A DNA stretch of 64,000 nt, taken from assembly GCF_963921235.1 (NCBI RefSeq), contig NC_086108.1:103170001-103234000 (forward strand), in the 5' to 3' direction. Below, in pieces: positions 1 to 13,512 of the stretch (the first letter of the stretch is position 1; each line of letters opens with the position of its first letter). The notes beneath the pieces were generated by a model that saw nothing but the letters and a program-made list of their open reading frames with translations, was not told the origin of the DNA and did not search any database. This DNA is from Mobula hypostoma. Lineage: Eukaryota. The position numbers and the translations under genes were made by a program.

Positions 1-594
1 ATCTCCTCTGCACCTTCACTAAAGCTTACACATTTCCTATAACAAGAAGACCAGAACTGAGCACAATATTCCAAGTGTGGTCTAACCAGGGTTTTATAGG
101 GCTGCAGTATTTTCTCATGTCTCTTGGACTCAATTCACCCAACTAATGGAGGCCAACACACAATATGCCTTCTTAACAGCACTCTTTTCCAAGGCACGTT
201 TTTATTTTACACAGAGTGGTAGCCCTCTCCAACATGCAGGCTGGGGAAGCATTGGAAGCAGATACAATAGCAACATTTAAGTATTTAGATATGTAAATGA
301 ACAGGCAGGGAATGGAGGGATAGAGACCACGTGCAGGCAGATGATCGTAGATGAAGGTGAATCAGGGTTGACACGAACATCATGTGCTGAAGGGCCTGTT
401 CTTGTACTGTTCCCTTCTATGAGACACGATGACACCAGAGAGAGTAAAATATCATTCTGATGCACTGTGGTGGGTAGGGGGTGAGAAAGAAGGCACCCAT
501 AAGGGTCTTTTTCAGTCATGGAGAAACTTCTAGTTTGCATCCAGGGTTGCCCAGTGAGACGTATGGAGGGAACTTTCTTCTGCATTGAAGGAAC

Positions 595-1345
595 ATACCA
601 CCACACCATCACCAAAGACAGTAGCAAATTTCTACAGATGTTAACATGGACAGTATTCAAACTGGTTGCATCACCATCTGCTACGGAAGGGACAGTGCAC
701 AGGATCAGAAAAAGCTGCAAAAAGTTGTAAATCCAACCAGCTTCATCAAAGGCATTTGCCTCCCCAGCATCCAGTACACCTTCAAAAGGCAATGCCTCAA
801 AAAGGTGAATCCCCATCACCCAAAACATGTCCTCCTGTCTGTCTGGCAGTAATATTCCCACAATTAATTCAGATGAGGTGTAAAGCCGAGCAAATCTCTA
901 CAGATGTTCTGTGGAACATTCAAGCTGGTTGTATCTCCATCTGATATGGAGGGGCCACTGCACAGGATCAGAAAAAGCTGTAGACTCAGCCAGCTCCATC
1001 ATGGCCACTAGCCTCCCCACCACCAAGGACATCTTCAAAAGGTGATGCTTCAAGAATCCATCATTATGGGCCACCACCATCCAGAATATAGCTTATTACT
1101 ACCATCAATGAGGTACAGGAGCCTGAAGACACACACTCAATGTTTTAGGAACGGTTTCTTCCCTTGTGCCATCAGATTTCTGACAAACCATGAACACTAC
1201 CATACTATTTTGCTTTCTACTTATTTATCTTTTTATGTTTCTAATTGTAACTTATCAGTGTTTTTACTATGTATTATACCGTCCTGCTGACGCAAAGCAA
1301 CAAATTTCCCGACGTAGGTCAGTGATAATAATAATCTGATTCTGA
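595..1345 (+). mobile_element. Two adjacent degenerate Rex1/Babar-like 3' fragments
   Basis: The motifs GCAAAT(T/C)TCTACAGATGTT and GCACAGGATCAGAAAAAGCTG each occur twice (~623/890 and ~696/960); RYRSLKTHTQCFRNGFFPCAIRFL. Confidence 0.7.
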
Positions 1346-4300
1346 AGTGTGTTAGGGAGAAGTAATCAGGATCAGACTTAATATCACTGGCATACATCGT
1401 GAAATTGGTTATTTTATGGCAGCAGTACATTGCAATACATAATAATAAAAAATGATAAATTACAACATGAATATATAAATAAGTAGTGCATAAAGACAGG
1501 AAATAATAACGAGGTACTGTTCATGGGTTCGTTGTCCGTTCAGAAATCTGATGGCAGAGTGATAGAAGCTGTTCCTGAAACGTTGAGTATACGATTTCAG
1601 TTTCCTGCACATCCTCTTTGATGATAGCAATGAGAAGAGGTCACTGCCTGGGTGACGGGAATCCTTAATGACGGATGCTGCTTTTTTGAAGCAGGTGTAC
1701 TTGATGCCGGAGAAGCTAATGCTCTTGATGGAGCTGGCTGACTTTACAACGTTCCGCAACTTTTTCTAATCCTGTGCAATGGCCCCTTCATACAGACAGT
1801 GATTCCACCGGTTAGAATGTTTTCCACAGTACATCTGCAGAAATGAGCACATCTATGGTGATATACCAAGTCTATTCAAACTCCTTATTGAATATAGCCG
1901 CTGTCATGCTTCTTTGAAATTCAATAAAATTGTTGGGCCTGGGATAAATCTTCAGAGATGTGAAACCAACGAACTTGAAACTGCTCACCCTTCACAGTGC
2001 CAATCCCTTGATGTGGACTGTTGTGTGTTCCCTCAACTTACCCTCCTTTAAGTCCACAATCAATACTTTGGTCTTACTGATTTTGAGTGCAAGGCTGCTG
2101 CTGCAACACCACTCAGCTATCTCACTCCTGTACGCCTCCTCAGCACCATCTGAAATTCTGTCAACAGTAGTTGTCGTCGGCAAACTTATAGCTGGCATTT
2201 GAGCTGTGCCTAGCCACTCAGTCGTGGGTGTAGAGACAGTAGAGCAGTGTGCATCCTTTTTGTAATGTGCTTTTTTTGTGATCATAAGACTATACTGTAT
2301 TCCAAGAACAGCAGGTCTACAGCATCAGTGATCTGTTCGTTGTTCAGAGCCCCTGGCCGGGAGAGGAAGAAGACAGCAGATGGGCCGGGAGAGGCAGAAG
2401 CCGGCAGTTGGGCCCGGAGAAGGAGAAGCCGGCAGTCAGCTGGGACAAGGTTTGGAGGAGCTGACCTGGGTGCAGACTGCACTGCTGCCACCTACTCAAA
2501 GACGTTAGAGTTGGTGCATGAAAGCAGCATGCAGTGTAACCATGAGTGACTGTCTTGGACCTTGTGATTGCTAGACCCTGTTGGACAGTGATAACGTGAG
2601 ATGTCGTAGGCCTGTTCCCTTGTTTGACAAGGAGACAGGAGACAGCAGACAGCAGCATGGTCTAGGTTGTAGTGAGGAAAAGGCCTCAAGCAGTCTTGCC
2701 TGCCGCTGCTGTCCAGGTGAGACCCCTCTGGAGGCGGTGTTGTGTGGAGTCAGTGCTCATTTGGGAGCTGGCCTTTCCCATCAGTGCTGCCCTCCAGTGT
2801 TCGACTGGCAGAAGGACAGGTTGGGTTGCCAGGAACTGCACCATTAATTTGTATGTCGCTCAGGGACTTAACTATACATGTGTTTTTCTTATGTAACAAT
2901 GTGTGCATTTCTTTCTCTCTCCAGCTATTTTGAACGAGCTCCAGAGGAATGCTGTCTCATTCGAATATACCAATGTATAGTCTGAACGATAATTAAACTT
3001 GATTTGATTTGATTTTGACTTTTGATCCCTGAGGTTCACAAGCATTGATTGTTAGTGAGGGAGATTGCCACGTATTATGGTGATAGACAAATTGCTGCAG
3101 GTCCAAGTCCTTGCTTAGGTAGGAGTTAATTCTAACCATGACCAACTTCTCAAAGCACTTCATCACAGTGGATGTGAGTGCCACTGAGTGATAGTCATTG
3201 AGGGATCCTGCTCTTCTTTGACACCAGTATAATTGTCACATAAGCATGGGGGAACCACTAACTGCAGCAGTGAGAAATTGAAGATGCCCTTGGACACTCC
3301 CACCAGTTGGTTGGGACAGGTTTTCAGAGCCCCACAGGGTCTGATGTCTTTGTGAGGATTCATCTTCTTGAAAGATGTTCTGATGTCAGCCTCCAAGACA
3401 GATCAAAGTCACCAGATGCTGCAGAGATTTGCACAGGTGTAGCTTTATTCTCCATTTCAAAGTGTACATAAAAGACATTGAGTCATCAGGGCAGGAGAAA
3501 TCCCAAGGTTTTTCACTACAACCTGGAAGTGAACTCCTGCATGCAGTGAACCACAAGAAAACATATGTCTACTATTTTTTTTCTTGTTTACTTGTCTTCT
3601 CACCTCCCTTGTGAGCCACAAGGGAATCAAATTCAGGCTTGAATGGGTTTACCAGAGCCCAACATTTGCACATCAAAGAAGCCAATGCCATCTAAGCAGA
3701 TGTGAATATGGAGATTTGAATTCTTATTATAAGCCCCAGATGGGTCCATTCTCATTGGGAGCAAAACATGGAAGACAGGAAGGTGCTGACAGAAGAGACT
3801 GCAACAACAAGATGCCAGAGGGACTCAGTAGGCCAAGATTCAAGATATTTGTCATGTGTACATCAAAATGCATCATTTGCATTACAACCAATACACCCAA
3901 GGGTGTGTTAGGTGTTGTCTGCAAGTGTCTCCACACATTCCAGTGCCAACATAACATGCCCACAATATTCAGCAGAACAACACAGAACACAACAAGCAAC
4001 AAAACAATAACAGCAAAGCAAGCTCCGTTCCTCCATCCCTCTCATGCATACACACAGGACAGGCCGCCAGCTCCAACAGACACGGACTCAGGCCTGCAGA
4101 CACTGGGCTTTGACCCCCCCAGCAGACTTGCAAAGAATTAGACCACATCTGTGGAGGGAAGCAGATAGTCGATGTTTCAGGGCTAGATCCTTTATTTTAG
4201 AACAGAGATGAGGGGGGATTTCTTTAGCCAGAAGGTGGCAAACCTGTGGAATTCCTTGCCACAGACAGCCGTGGCGGCCAAGTCATTGGGTATATCAATG

Positions 4301-5884
4301 CGGAGGGTGATAGGTTTTTGATTAGTCTGGGTGTGAAAGGTTATGGGTAGAAGGCAGGAGAATAGAGTTGAGAGGGATAATAAATCAACCATGATGGAAT
4401 GGCAGAGCAGACTTGATGAGCCAAATGGCCTAGTTCTATTCCTGTCTTATGGTCTTTGGTCTTATGGAGGGGAAGGATTGGAGCAGGAACTAGCAAGTGA
4501 TAGGTAGATGCAGATGAGGAGGGATGACAGGCAGATGGAGGGGACAAGAGTACAAAAAATGATGGAAGCTGGCAGATAGTGGGGGTGACAAAGGGCTGCC
4601 AACAATGGAAGTAGGGTGCAGTGTAAAGAGAAGCGGAGCTGGCACATGCTTCTGGATACCCAAGGAGTCAAGGGCTTCATTTCCATTCATCAGCATCCAT
4701 AACCCTGCACAAAATTCCTAATAAATTTAACAATTTTCTTTTTGCTTACATAAAGGAAAAATAAATTGGAAATCAAAGCACTGAATTTTGCAAGCTGCGT
4801 CTATTTATTATAAACAGAGCAGAAAAGACTCAATTATATTTCCCTGGCTTGCAGAAATACACAGCTGTTTGCTTAAAGGTTAAGACAAATAGCTCAAAGG
4901 GAAGTAATTCCAGTGATCCACTGCATGGGCTTTAGCACTGATATTTTCTCTCGATTTAACTCCCGATTCAGTTAGCATCGCAAGCAATGGCTACAGAGGG
5001 AAAAAAATGTGGCAGTACCCTCAGGATTGAGTTAAAAATGAGGCCCACTGACACCAACACCTCACTGGCCCCACCCGCACCAACTCTTTCACTAACACAG
5101 CACTTAATCTGCTCTTAAGATTCAAGATGGTTATTTGTTGTTCTTTGGTACATGAGTGTAAAAGAGAATGAAATGATTGTTGCTCCGGATCCGATGCAGC
5201 ATAAAAAGCACAATAAACAAAAAAAAATAATAAATATAAATGAAAAAACAATCCTATAAAACACAATGTACAAACTGTTGAGTGTAGCTGCAGATACACA
5301 AGATTAACAATTTATGTAGAAATATAACGTGGAACAGGCCTTTCCAGCCCAATGAGCCACACCACCCAGCAGATCATTTATTTAACACTAGCCTAATCAC
5401 AGGACCATTGATAATGAGCAACTGTGCATCTTTGGATTTTGGGAAGAAACTGGAGCACCCGGAGGAAACTCGCCAGGTCAAGGGGAGAACATAAAAACTC
5501 CTTTTTGACAGGGCCAGAATTGACCTCCAAACTCTGGAACTCCTTGAACTAACCACTATCCTACCATGGTGAACCCCAATCTATATACATAGATTGATTG
5601 TAGGTACATAAGGTGATGCTAAGTGCAGGAGTGCCTGAACAGAGAGTAAGGTGACTGTGACAGGAAATGATAAAGTGACTAAGTGACTTTTGGCAACAGG
5701 AACTCAGTTAGATAGCAGCAGGGCATATGAAAAGACAGGAGGCCAGTGACTGTGTCAGTGTATGTATGAGACGTGGAGTGGCAGTGCATGGGGCGGGGGG
5801 GGGGTGAATGAAGGGTGCTGATCGGCTGATGTGGAAGGTGTGGTGGTTGGGGGTGTGGAGGTGGGTTAGTGGATGGAGGTGTCA

Positions 5885-6440
5885 ATCAGCCTTACTGCTC
5901 AGGGAAAGTAACTATTTTTAAGCCTGATAGTCCTGGTGTGGATGCTATGTAGCTTCCTCCCTGATGGTACTGGGGCAAACAGTCCACCAGCAGGATGGCT
6001 GGGAATCGTCATGATGTTAATGGCCCTTTTCCGGCACCTTTCTGTATATATTTCTTTAATAGTGGGCAGGCTGGTGCCAGTGACACATAAAGCAGTTTTG
6101 ACTACCCATTGTCATCTTCCTGTCCGCCACAGTGCAGTTTCTGTACCACACAGTGATGCAGCTTGTAAAGACATTCTCTATTGTGCATCTGTAGAACAAC
6201 GTGAATATAGATGCACATAGTCCAGCTCTCTGCAGCCTCCTCAGAAAACAGAGGCATTGGTGAGCCTTCCTGATTGTACTGTAAATAATGTACTCTGGGA
6301 CCATGAGAGGTTGTGCAAGATGTGCTCCCCCAGGAGTCTGAAACTGCCACTGATGTTGGGAGGGTTGTGAGTGGTGCAAGATCTCCTGAAGTTGATAACT
6401 ATCTCCCTTGTCTTATTGACATTGAGGGAGAGGTTATTTG
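5885..6440 (-). mobile_element. Degenerate Rex1/Babar-like LINE fragment
   Basis: ORF 6056-6379 with RKAHQCLCFLRRL…FYRCTIENVFTSCITVWY. Confidence 0.7.
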
Positions 6441-8228
6441 TGACCTAATAACGTGGCAGGTAGATCGCTACCTCAGTTTGTGGAAGATCAGAAACCACAG
6501 TTAGTTCTGAACACAGCTCACCGAGCTTTGGCAGTTCATTCCACTTTTGAATTAATTCTCTTAAACAAATGAAATGATGGATAGGCAGTAACCAATCACT
6601 ACAGATAATTAAATTGTTCTTGCTATGTGCAGCATGCGACCTATTTCACTCAACTTTGTAAACCAATAGAGTAAATCAACATTATTGATGACCCATCCCA
6701 GTGGATTTATTTTATAAACGAGAAACCGGAGCTTATTACTTTTTCCCAGAAGCCCATACATTATCCAGATACCGTGACTGATGGGAAAATTGCACACTTT
6801 CTATTAAATAAAACCAAGCGCGCACACAAACGCAGAGTCCACTCTGCTCATGGGCTGCAATAACTTTACTCATGGGCTTTCAGGGTGAAGCACTTTAAAG
6901 GAAGTGAGAGGATTGAAAATGGATGCTTAACACACACAAAGCGCTGGAGGAGCTCAGCAAATCAGGCAGCATCTATGGAGGGGAATATACAGTCGACGCT
7001 TCGGACTGAGGACCTTCACCAGGACTGGAAAGGAAGGGCAAGGTGCCAGAATAAAGGGAAGGAGTATAAACTGGAAGGTGATAGGTGAAGCCAGCTGAGG
7101 GGACAGGTCTAGGTGGGGGAGGGGGAATGAAGTAAGAAGCTGGGAGCTGATAGGCGAGAAAGGTAAAGGGCTGTAGGGGGAGAAATCTGATTGGAGAGGA
7201 GAACGGACCATGGGAGAAAGGGAAGGAAGAGGAACACCAAGGTAAGGTGAGGGAGGTGAGGAGACGAGAAGGGGTAAAAGTGTGTTTTTGAATATGCAGG
7301 TTTAGCAAGCAAATTTCAGAACTAACATTCAAGGTGAAGATATGATCTCACTGGTATAATGAAGCCAGACCTATAAGTATGTTGGTTACTTCAGAAGGAT
7401 GGTTCTGGTCATGATGCCTCCTGTCGAAAAAAAGATGATTTTAAAAAATCACAGGCTAAAATGGCAGATTTGGAAGATGGTCGCACTTGTGGGGAACAAG
7501 TCATTCGGAGTACTTAAGGTAGAGGTTGATAGATTCTTGATTAGGAAGGGGGATCAAAGTTAAGGGATGCGGTTGAGATGGAAAATAAATCATCCATGAT
7601 TGAATGGCAGAGAAGACTCAATGGGCTTAATGGCGGAATGCCGCTCCAATATCTTATGGCCTCTCTTCCCTCTGAGGCCAGGTTTCTTCTGAGTCGCAAG
7701 GCCCCATGAAAGAAAGGAGGAGCTGTTTAACTGAAGGGGAAATCACACCAATGCCTTTCCTGGACTGTTAAAATGGGAGAATTTCTGTGTATTGTTGGTG
7801 GGGCTTCAAGTTTGCATATCAGAGGCCCATCACTGAATAGCGCACACCGTTCAAAAAAAATCATTGCACATTCATGTTGCCTTTTCCTAGAATACGGACT
7901 TGTTTCCAAGATAACATCTTCACAATGACAAAGTCATACTTCACAAGGGATCATAGGAGCACAAGATTGGAGAACAGAAGGGGATCTTGGAGAAGGATAA
8001 AAGCAACAATGACATTTTAAGGAGCAAGAGATATGAAGCAGTTTATAGCAAACATTCCTGTATTAGCAGAATATACATACCATGCAGCTGTAGGTCAAGT
8101 TCAAGTTTATTGCCATGGGCAAACACACCCAGAAAATAAATGTCATGCATGTTAGTTTAGCAGCAGCACCAGTACTTTACAAACATGACAAACATAAATT
8201 ACGTGAACTTAAATTAACATAAATTATA

Positions 8229-8849
8229 CAAGGGGTGATTGATAAATTCATGGCCCAAGGTAGAAGGAATCAATTTTAGAAAACCTAGCACATGTATTTT
8301 TCCTACATTTCCACACTTAGTCCAGCGGTCGTGGAGCATACGGATCCCTCCTTTGTAGAAGTTGGCGTCTCAAACCTCCAGAAGTGCTCCACAGCAAGGG
8401 TGATTGATAAGTTTGTGGCCTAAGGTAGAAGGAGATGAGTTATTAACTTCAAACTTTCTGCATTTTCACTCAGAGTTGAACTGCATGTGCATGTAACAAG
8501 AGCTGTATAACTCATCTCCTTCTATCTGAGGCCATGAACTTATCAATCACCCCTGCTGTGGACCACCTGGAGGCCCGAGACGCTCTCGTTACATGCACGT
8601 GCAGTTCATCTCTTTGAGTGATAATGCAGAAAGTTTGAAGTTAATAACTCATCTCCTTCTACCTTAGGCCACGAACTTATCAATCACCCCTGCTGTGGAC
8701 CACTTCTACAAAGAAGGGATCTATATGCTCCACAACCGCTGGACTAAGTGTGTACATGTAGGAGGGGATTATGTTGAAAAATAAATGTGCCAGGTTTTCT
8801 AAAATTGACTCCTTCTACCTTAGGCCACAAACTTATCAATCACCCCTCG
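8229..8849. mobile_element. Mariner-derived palindromic MITE
   Basis: TIRs CAAGGGGTGATTGATAA… / …TTATCAATCACCCCTCG flanked by TA at 8227-8228 and 8850-8851. Contains the transposase C-terminus FYKEGIYMLHNRWTKCVHVGGDYVEK* (~8704-8784). Confidence 0.88.
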
Positions 8850-8859
8850 TACAATACTC

Positions 8860-9235
8860 ATTGAAACCTACTGAAGGTTGAAAGGCCTCGGTAGAGTGGT
8901 GTGGAGAGGATGTTTCCTATGTGGGAGAGTCTAAGACCAGAGGGCACTGCCTCAGAATAGAGGGACATCCTTTTAGAATGCAAATGAGGAGGAATTTCTT
9001 TAGCCACAGCCAGAAAGTGGTGAATCTGTGGAATTTGTTGCCCCAGACAGCTGTGGAGGCCAAGACTTTGGGTACATTTAAGGCAGAGGTCGCTACATTC
9101 TTGATTAGTCAGGGCATGAAGGGATTCGGGGAGAAGGCAGAAGATTGGGACTGTGGGGGAAAATGGATCAGCCATGATGAAATGGCGGAGCAGACTTGAT
9201 GGGCCAATTCTGCTCCTATGTCTGATGGTCTTATA
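8860..9235 (+). mobile_element. CR1 3' fragment, representative of many copies
   Basis: GESKTRGHCLRIEGHPFRMQMRRNFF…VVNLWNLLP. Similar fragments near 4195-4465, 11535-11985, 13530-13800(-), 14946-15217, 21150-21520(-), 42155-42630(-) and 58740-59290(-). Confidence 0.8.
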
Positions 9236-9962
9236 ACTTACACAACACAATACACATAATGACATTTGTGCAAGTTGAGGGAAAGACAGTTTAGAGATAT
9301 AAGCTGATACCACCGATACGTTGGGCAATTTTAACTACCCATTGTGGAGTCCTCCAGTGTGTCTCCAGGCTAAAGTTCTCTAATGATTCATTGTCTGTGG
9401 GTGATGCGACTAAAAATCCTTCAAAATATCACATCCATCCCCTTATAGGATTTTCTGCGCTATTCCCAATGGGCTGGTTTAGTACTGCATTTGTTCTTAT
9501 TCCAAACTGCCGATAAATGCTGTGGTGCTTAGCTGGAGAATTATGACTACTTTAAACTCTTACCTTGCAGCTGTTCTTAATCAGATGAGGTCATAAACTA
9601 GAATGGCAATGCTTAGCATTAGTGCTGCAGTCAGATGTACAGATTGAAGGTACATGCAACAAATCAGGACCAAGCAGCGGCTAAATCAATTCCCAAGGCC
9701 ACAGAGGTCACCCCCAAAAACATGAAAATTGCTCAGACACCACATCATAAAAAGCTGGCCTTAAGGCCACCAGGTAAGGACCATATCAAAGCTAAAGGGT
9801 GTACCATCCAACTGGTCAACTCCTTACAAAGACTGCCACCCCACAATTCAAGGTTCAGATTGCTTAAAGTCATTTCCTATACACAAGCGTAAGGAGAATT
9901 AAGACATTGTTAACCCAGACAGTTATCCTTCATTCCACAGACCTACTGGGCATGGTCAAATG

Positions 9963-9984
9963 AAAAAGAGAGAGATAGAGAGAT

Positions 9985-10036
<52 letters not shown>

Positions 10037-10608
10037 GAGAGAGAGGGAGGGAGGGTGAGAGAGGGAGAGAGGGGAGGGGAGAGAGGGAGGGAGGGGGAGG
10101 GGAGAGAGGGAGGGAGGGGGAGGGGAGACAGGGAGGGAGGGGGAGGAGGAGGGGGAGGGAGAAGGAGAGAAAAAAGCTAGGTGTGAGGGGGAGGGGGCAT
10201 GAGAGGGTTTGCAGGCCTGGGGGGGATGGGGGCATGAGGAGGAGGAAGGGAGTGGGAGGAGGGAGAGGGCAGGGAGATGGGGGAGTGGAGAGAGGGGAAT
10301 GGGGCAGGGGAGAGGCGGGGCAAGGGGGAGAGGGGCGCACGGAGGAGCGGAAAGAGGAGCATGGGAAAGGGGGAGAGGTGGGTGTACAAGAGAGGGAATG
10401 CAAGAGAGAAAGACGGGGGTGCACAGGGAGCGAGAGAAAGGGGCGCCGGGGGACCAGAGCGAGAGGGGTGCAACATGGGCCAACAGAGAGAGGGGGCGCG
10501 CGGGGGGGGTCGAGTGAGAGGGGGGCACGCGGGGGGGTCGAGTGAGAGGGGGCCACATGTGGGGGGGGGGCCGAGTGAGAGGGGACTGTGCAGTGGGGGG
10601 GAGGAGAA

Positions 10609-10651
<43 letters not shown>

Positions 10652-10860
10652 GGGAGGGAGAGAGGGAGGGGCAGGCATGATAGAGATGGGGGGGTGGGAC
10701 AGATGGAAGGGAGAGAGACAGGAGGTGAGAGGAGGAAAGGCAGCCAGGCGTGAGGGGGTGGGGGGGGCGTGAAGTGGAGTGGTGCATGATGGGTAGGGGA
10801 GGGGTGGGGGAGGAGTAGCAGGAGCAGTCGGGACAGGCGGAGGTGAGGGGGGGAGCAGCA
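9963..10860 (+). repeat. Polypurine low-complexity tract with (GA)n microsatellites and G-runs
   Basis: (GA)n at ~9967-10030 and ~10608-10645; the + strand is strongly G/A biased throughout. Confidence 0.9.
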
Positions 10861-12149
10861 CTCTTGCTATGTGAAGATTAACTGCCACATTTCCTGCATG
10901 ACAGTGGAACTAATGCGATTGCTTGGCTGTGAGAAATAATCTAACACAAATCTTCACCTGACTGGCTGCTATGCACCAGGACTACGAAGGAATAATCCTC
11001 AAACTCAGTCAGACCTCCCACTGGTAAATGTCATGTTTACCTTGGCACAACTGGAAGGCAAACCAAACAGCGAGCCCAATGACAGCCACTCATTTGATCT
11101 CCAGAACAAACCAACATTAATGAACTTCTAGGAGCAAACTGAAATTGAATTTCTTCAAGACAGATGAACCTGAGCAGATGCAACAACTAATCTTAATATA
11201 AAACCCCACATTACAGTAATTAGAATTAAATGAAGAGCATCTGGCATGCCATTTACTACACCATTTTGCCTTTGAAATGCTTCGACATTGCCAGGCATGG
11301 ACAGAATATCAATTGTGCCCCATTAATTGCAGAATGTTACTGTTCCTTAATTTCTCCTCTACCAAAAGATGCCAATTCCTAATGGGCTACAGATCTATGT
11401 CAATCCTTCCTTCAAAGATTAAGATGTCTACAATACTAAAGTGGATATAAGAGTGTCTACAATGAGGGGCCCACAATACAAATGTGGATCTCAGATCTAC
11501 CAGTAACAGGTTTTGAGAGAACCTTGAAAGCCCAAAAATTTAGAGAGGGTGCATAAGAGGTTTACCAGGATATTGCCTGGATTAGAGAGCATGTCTTGTG
11601 AGGAAGGTTTGCGGGAGTTAGGGCTTTTCTCTTTGAAGTGAGGGAGGATGCGAGGTGACTTTGATAGAGACATACAAGATGATAAAAGGCGGAGATCGAG
11701 TGGATAGCTGGAGACATTTTCCCCAGGGTGGAAATGCCTAATAGGAGAAGGCATAATTTTAAGGTGACTGAACGATGCCAGAGGGAGTTTTCATCGCCCA
11801 TGGAGAGTTGGTACATGGAACAAGCTGCAAAAGGTAGTGGAAGAAGCACGTACATTGGGGACATTTAAGACACTCTTAGAAAGGCAGATGAATGAAAGAG
11901 AAATGAAGGACTCTGTGGGAGGGAAGCATTAGATGGATCTTGGAGTACACTGTCATGGGCTGAGTGGCTTGTACTGTTCCATGTTCCAAATCCGAGGGGG
12001 TAATGAAAGCAGGAGAGAAAAAAAATGGGAAGCTAATTGCTGTGGTTCAGGCAGGCTGAAGCAGTACAGTGCTGGAATGAGAGAATGTTGGGCATCTCCT
12101 GGTGCAGCCACAGATGCCAAATGCAAATCAATATCCCCATCATTATGAA

Positions 12150-12408
12150 TAAAGGAAAGATACGTCGCATCCAGAGTTTCTCCAGTTAGCAGACGACTTC
12201 CCTCCATGCCTCTCTGATGTAGTAGGGAACCACGTACGAGGTAAGTTACAGCAGTGGTTTGCCACTGCCTTCTGCTGGGTGAGTTTCGAAAGAGATCACC
12301 AGCTCGTAACCCAGCATGGATGGAAAGCGTGCAAGGGAGCCAGCTGGATTCGAACTCTGGACCTTCCGTCCTGAAGTCCAGTGCTGATGCCACTATGCCA
12401 CCAGCTGG
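12150..12408 (-). mobile_element. tRNA-derived SINE, different family
   Basis: Minus-strand TGGCATAGTGG (A-box-like) and GAGTTCGAATCC (B-box); GGCAAACCACT motif downstream; CTTTCCTT tail. Confidence 0.65.
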
Positions 12409-13204
12409 GTCATGACCCACATAAAATGCAGGAGGAGCTCAGCAGGTCAGTCAGCATCTATGGAGGGGAATAAATAGTTGTGCGTAGGTCCAGATCCTTC
12501 ATCACGTCCTGATGACAGGTCTCAGCCTGAAACATTGTTTATCCCTTTCCATAGATGTTGCCTGACCTGCTGAGTTCCTCCTGCATTTTCTGTGAGTTAC
12601 TCTGGATTTCCAGCATCTGCAGAATCTCATGCTTATTCCTGTCATTATACCTGCCAAACTGGAGGCTGAACCTGTGACCTCCTCTCCAGTGAGATTCCGC
12701 TTTGTGCCGCTTTCACAGGAGATCATTAGATTACCGAACAGCAGGGCCATGTCAGTACAAGGTCTCAGCAGCTCCTTCTGGTTTACAGTGGCAGTTATGG
12801 CTCAGAGAGCAGCACCCTGTCAAGGTCATGACTTTGAGGCAAATTCAGATGCTTGAAAATATCAGCCAACAACGAAGCAGCGCTGCCTTTCAATACAAGG
12901 TTCAACGTAGAAATGTCACATAGGAAAGGTACCAGATTGATTTTACATCTCCTATGTGTCATTTTCTGAAGAGCAGGAAGTCTTCCTGCTGTCCTGGCCA
13001 AATCTTTATAAAACAAATCTTACACTCATTATCACACTGCTGCATGTGGGAACTTGCAGTGCACAAATATGTGGGAAATGGAGGAATATGGATCTCGTGC
13101 AGAGAGAAGAGATTTCATTTGGCATCACATTCAGTACAATATTCGTGGGCTGAAGGGCCTGTCCCTGTAACTGTACTGCTCTGCGGGGGTGGGGGAAGGA
13201 GCGG

Positions 13205-13512
13205 GGGGAGTAGCACAGCTGTTAGTGCATCACTTTACAGCAACCAGGCTGTAAGATCCATGTTCAATTCCCACCACTGTCTACAAGGAGTTTGTACGTT
13301 CTCCCTGTGACCACGTGGGATTTCTCTGGGTGCTATAGTTTCCTCTCACATTCCAGAGACGTACAGTTAGGGTTAGTGAGTTATGGGTATGTTATGTTGG
13401 CTCCAGAATCACGGCAACACTTGTGGGCTCCCAGAACAACCCTTGCTGATTTGATTTGATGCAAACAATGCATTTCACTGTACATTTTTGTGTAAACGTG
13501 ATGAATAAAGCT
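13205..13512 (+). mobile_element. V-SINE-type element
   Basis: Degenerate tRNA head followed by the V-domain GGAGTTTGTACGTTCTCCCTGTGACCACGTGGG…TTTCCTCTCACATTCC. Related copies near 5330-5560(-), 20155-20355, 22210-22490, 24010-24420, 56720-57010 and 61170-61530(-). Confidence 0.7.

Noticed and set aside
277..861. 194 aa minus-strand ORF
   Set aside because: Largely the antisense reading of degenerate LINE fragments; no recognisable protein.
3584..4141. 185 aa plus-strand ORF
   Set aside because: The second half runs through a repeat also present at ~27590-27810; no domain or splice support.
9930..10888. Long ORFs (285 aa, 310 aa and others) rich in Pro/Ser/Leu or Gly/Arg/Glu
   Set aside because: They arise from the stop-poor GA/G-rich low-complexity tract and show no domain features.
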